The notes beneath the pieces are model-generated. The model had not been told where the DNA came from, made no database searches, and worked only from the letters and a program-made list of their open reading frames with translations. From Azolla caroliniana (Eukaryota; Plantae; Polypodiophyta): a DNA stretch of 64,000 nucleotides. The stretch covers positions 13,268,001-13,332,000 of the forward strand of contig JBHGNT010000013.1 of the NCBI GenBank assembly GCA_043228905.1. Reading direction: 5' to 3'. The translations under genes and the position numbers were made by a program. Shown piece after piece: positions 59,926 to 64,000 of the stretch (position 1 is the stretch's first letter; the number at the start of each line of letters is the position of its first letter).

Positions 59926-62900
59926 CTTGTTCATTCTCATACACAGGTCCTTCAACATCACAGATGTTGTTTGTTCTTACACACTGACGACCTTGTCCCC
60001 AACATTTGGTATCAGAGCGTTGGAGGTTCTTCAACTCGTTGCCGGCCGTCATAGTACACCACACAACATTGTGTTTCTGCTTTTTTCATGAAGAACAGAA
60101 AAGAGAGAAGACAAACAAGAAGTCTGCATCTCACTATGTTAAATCACTAATTGGAGTAAGCTAGTCGGCTGTACTCTGTTCCTATGATTGTAACCACTTG
60201 AGATTGGTCTCCAGGCAACAACCAAATTCGTGCTTCATTTGGCTGATCGACATTCGGGAGGATCAGTTGGATCCGTCCCTCTCATCGTTGCAGTCATCCG
60301 AAGCAGAATTGGCCTAAACAATCAATTTCTTGTGATCGGTATTCGGCATACAATCGGAAGCTAATCGGAGTCACTCCAAGAAGGCTCAGCAAACAAGTAT
60401 CCGAAACCAAACTGACTTGGGTTCAAGACCGACTAGAATGATATCGGGTGAGCTGATTGACTACAGCCCACTAAGGTTCCTAATCAACTCCGAACAGAGT
60501 CTTACCAACCGAAACCGAATAAGATGGCATCAACATCCGGCTCATCGGAGATGAGTCTAAGGAGGTTCGACGGTTCGAACTTCAACTTCTGGAAGGAACA
60601 AATGTAGGACTATCTCATAGTCAAGGGTCAGATAGACTCGATTGAGAAGGAAAATCCTCCAGAAGCATACAAGGCAAATGAGTGGCTAAAGCTGGACAGA
60701 ATCGTCCGCGCCACGATTTGGATGCACTTGTTGGAGTCAGTGTACTTCACAACGCAATCATGCTCAACAGCTTTTGAACTTTGGAAAACACTGTCCGAAA
60801 CTTATGAAAAGAAGGTCGCCACAACGAAGATGTATCTGATCCGGCGCCTCTACAACTTGCGGATGAAAGAATCCAATTTGGTTCAGGCACACCTCAACGA
60901 GTACGAAAGCCTAAGTTCCCAGATATCGTCTCAGGGGATGACAATAGAGGATGAACTCAGAGCAATGATACTCATGAGTAGTCTCCCCTCTTCTTGGGAA
61001 ACTTTCGTCACAACCATGTGCAATGTTTCAACAACTGCCGTTAAGTACTTTGAAATCATGAGCGCAATCCTAACTGAAGCAGCTCGGAGAAAGTCTTTCG
61101 CCAAAGACTCGGCAGATGAAGCTTACATAGTACAAGGTTCGACCAACTGATCGAACAACTGGGGAAGAAGTTCTTCCCGATCGCCGAACAATCAGCGAAG
61201 CCGGAGCAAGTTCCGGGACAACCGAATCTACAATTACTGCAAGAAACTGGGACACATCAAAGCCAACTATCGGGCACTCAAAGCAAAAACCGACAAAGCT
61301 TAGAGAGCAGATCAGAAGAGTAGCCGGCATGAGGAGGTCAACTACGTCGGCTCTTCAGCCGAAATTTTCACGACCGACCCGAACATACTATCCATAGAGA
61401 ACCCAATCGAATCAGAAGTTCTGCTTACGACTAAGGAATCGAGCACATGGCTCCTGGACTCGGGCGCATTGTATCATGTGACACCTCACCGATCTCAGTT
61501 TCGGCAATACTCGGACCAGCACTCCGACTCAGTTCGAGTCGGGAACTCGCAACACTATGCCATAATCGGAATCGGCACCGTAGAGCTCAACCTTCCAGGT
61601 GGCTCTACACTCGTACTACACAACGTTCGACACGTTCCTGAGCTTTCAAGACCCTTGATCTCAATTGGACAACTTGAGGAAGCCAACATCCGTACCATGT
61701 TCTCATCAGGAGGGTGGACACTCCACAAAGGGAACCTCCTGCTTGCTCGAGGACCAAAGGTACACTCTTTGTACCCTTTATATGTCACACTCAAAGAGGG
61801 TGACTTATTTTTGGTTGATATCCCCATGGCACGGACGACTTGGACACCTCAGCAAGGCCAGCATAACGCACCTATCCAGAGCCGGTTACATCCCCAAGCT
61901 CTCCTTCTCGGACCACCAATTCTACGAGCATTGCCAATATGGCAAATAGGTAGCCGCATCACACCCGACATCAGCACCAAGAGAATCAAGTCCCCTCGAT
62001 TTGGTCCACTCGGACGTCTGTGGCTCGATGCCACATCAATCTCTGGGCGGTGCTTTGTACTTCGTCAGTTTTATTGACGACTCGACTCGGAAGGTGTGGG
62101 CTTACCCCATTAGAACCAAAGATCTAGTGTTCTCGATCTTCTTCGAATGGCTTGCAATGGTCGAAAACCAGACCAGTCGGAAACTAAAATGTCTCTGAAC
62201 TGATAATGGAGGAGAATTCAAGTCTAACGAATTCGTCAAATTTTGCCGGGAATGCGGCATTCGACGTGAATATACGACACCTTATAGTTCGGAGCACAAT
62301 AGAATTGTTGAACGCATGAATCAGACGATTCAAGAACGCATAGTATCCAGGCTCCAACACTCCGGACTGTTGGATGGCTTATGGGTGGAGGCTCTACTGA
62401 CGACAGTACACATAATAAACATGTCGCCAAGTAGACCTCTAGGACTTAAAATACCTTAGGAAACATGGACTGGTAGTAAGCGGAATTATGACAAGCTGAG
62501 GATCTTCGGTTGCGAGGCGTATCCCCTCATACCGAAAGACGACCGCCGGAAACTCGAACCGAGATCAAGGAAATGCATTTTCCTTGGATATGGACCCGAC
62601 GGCGAGATCGGATACCGACTCTAGGACCTCGAGCACAGACAAATCGTCCGAAGTTCGGACGTCGTGTTCAACGACTCGTTGGCTACGCATAAAACGGCCG
62701 AATGGCCTATTGAAGTCCAAAGGGTAATATTTTCCAAAGTGGCAACCCTTCATGAAGGCCCAACCCACAACACGAGATCGGTTTCATGGGTAACTGACAC
62801 CTCTCGTCCTGAATCCACAGATTCAACATCGCCGAATGGCTCGGCTTCTGACCATCCGAAACCTATACCCGGTGCGACCAGTCGAGTCATACCTCAAAGA

Positions 62901-64000
62901 TCCGAGAGACTGTTGCAACCTCTGGAAAGGTACTCTCCCGGAATTTTCTTTATTGACGTCGGCGAACCGACGTCTTATGAAGAAGCATCGGCATCTGCCG
63001 ACTCAGCCACCTGGCATTTGGCGATGGAGTTGGAAATGCACTCCATTCGCGCAACCAAGACTTGGGACTTGGTCGAATTACTGGAGAATCGACGTGCTCT
63101 TCCGTGTAAGTGGGTCTATCGACTAAAAGAGACGGTCGACTCGACCAACCCAAAGTACAAGGTCAGATTAGTTGCAAAGGGATTTTGACAAGAATATGGC
63201 GTCGACTTCGACGAAATCTTTTCACCAGTGGTGAAAATGACAACCCTTCTTTCATGCTCGGCGTCGTGGCCGCCGACAACTTGGAGCTGATTCAGCTAGA
63301 TGTAAAAGCGGCATTCCTCCACGGTGACCTACAAGAGGAAATCTATATGGAGCAACCGAAAGGCTTTGTGGCATCTGGCCAGGAACATCTAGTCTGCCGA
63401 CTCAGGAAGAGTTAATACGGCCTAAAACAGGCACCCCAACAGTGGTACAAGAAGTTCGACGACTTCATCTAGTCGGTTGGCTTCTCCAAGAGCGATGAGG
63501 ACCACTGTCTCTTCACCAAAACAGCTCAAGACGGGTCTCCCGTCTTCCTCATCATTTACGTGGACGACATCTACTCTTTGGCCGACATGCCGGAGAGCTC
63601 ACCGAACTCGTTCAGAAACTGCATTTGAAGTTTGCCATGAAGGACCTTGGTCCAGCAAGACACATACTTGGTATGAAGATCAGTCGGCATCGCGATAAAC
63701 GACAACTCTTCTTGTCTCAAACCGACTACATCGGACGTGCCTTGGAACGCTTCAACATGCACTCGGCCAAGTCTACTTCGACCCCACTCCCGCTCCCCAT
63801 TAACCTTCGGCTGTCTCAACGAGACTGCCTGACATCCGGTCCGGAGGGGGAAGATATGAAGTTAGTACCGTATGCACTAGCAGTCGGCTCCCTTATGTAC
63901 CCGATGGTCGCAACACGGCCTAATATTTCTCACACCGTAGGAGTCGTCAACAGATTCATGCACAACCTAGGCCGATCGCACTGGAACACAGTCAAGCATG
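59606..64000 (+). mobile_element. Ty1/copia retrotransposon (5' LTR 59606-60004, iMet PBS at 60007), disrupted gag-pol, runs off the window end
   Basis: TGTTG...CAACA; TGGTATCAGAGC; ATG at 60524; WLLDSGA, HSDVCG, KWVY, RLVAKGF, LDVKAAFLHG, YVDD; many premature stops. Confidence 0.95.

Overview
Eukaryotic, repeat-rich land-plant nuclear DNA, most likely a seed-free vascular plant such as a fern. That assignment is inferred from Tcn1/sushi-like chromoviruses, RTE-X-like and Penelope-like retroelements and abundant (AG)n. Four intact host genes are present: CP12 (+), a 7-exon plastid FtsZ2 (+), a 2-exon group-X-like AP2/ERF (-) and an unusual H2A variant with a ~90-aa N-terminal tail (-). They sit among nested Ty1/copia, Ty3/gypsy and LINE elements. 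Highlights: (1) a young, intact chromovirus (50519-56290) with a Tf1-type self-priming site, a -1 frameshift slippery site plus pseudoknot, and an antisense tRNA-like A-box/B-box module at its LTR edge that is also kept in older relatives; (2) a Penelope-like 3' end with a minimal hammerhead ribozyme; (3) a nascent 153/169-bp satellite made from a Copia RNase H / WD40-gene junction; (4) LTR families with apparent target-sequence preference (ACGG; ATAT). All alignments and folds were done by eye, with no database searches.
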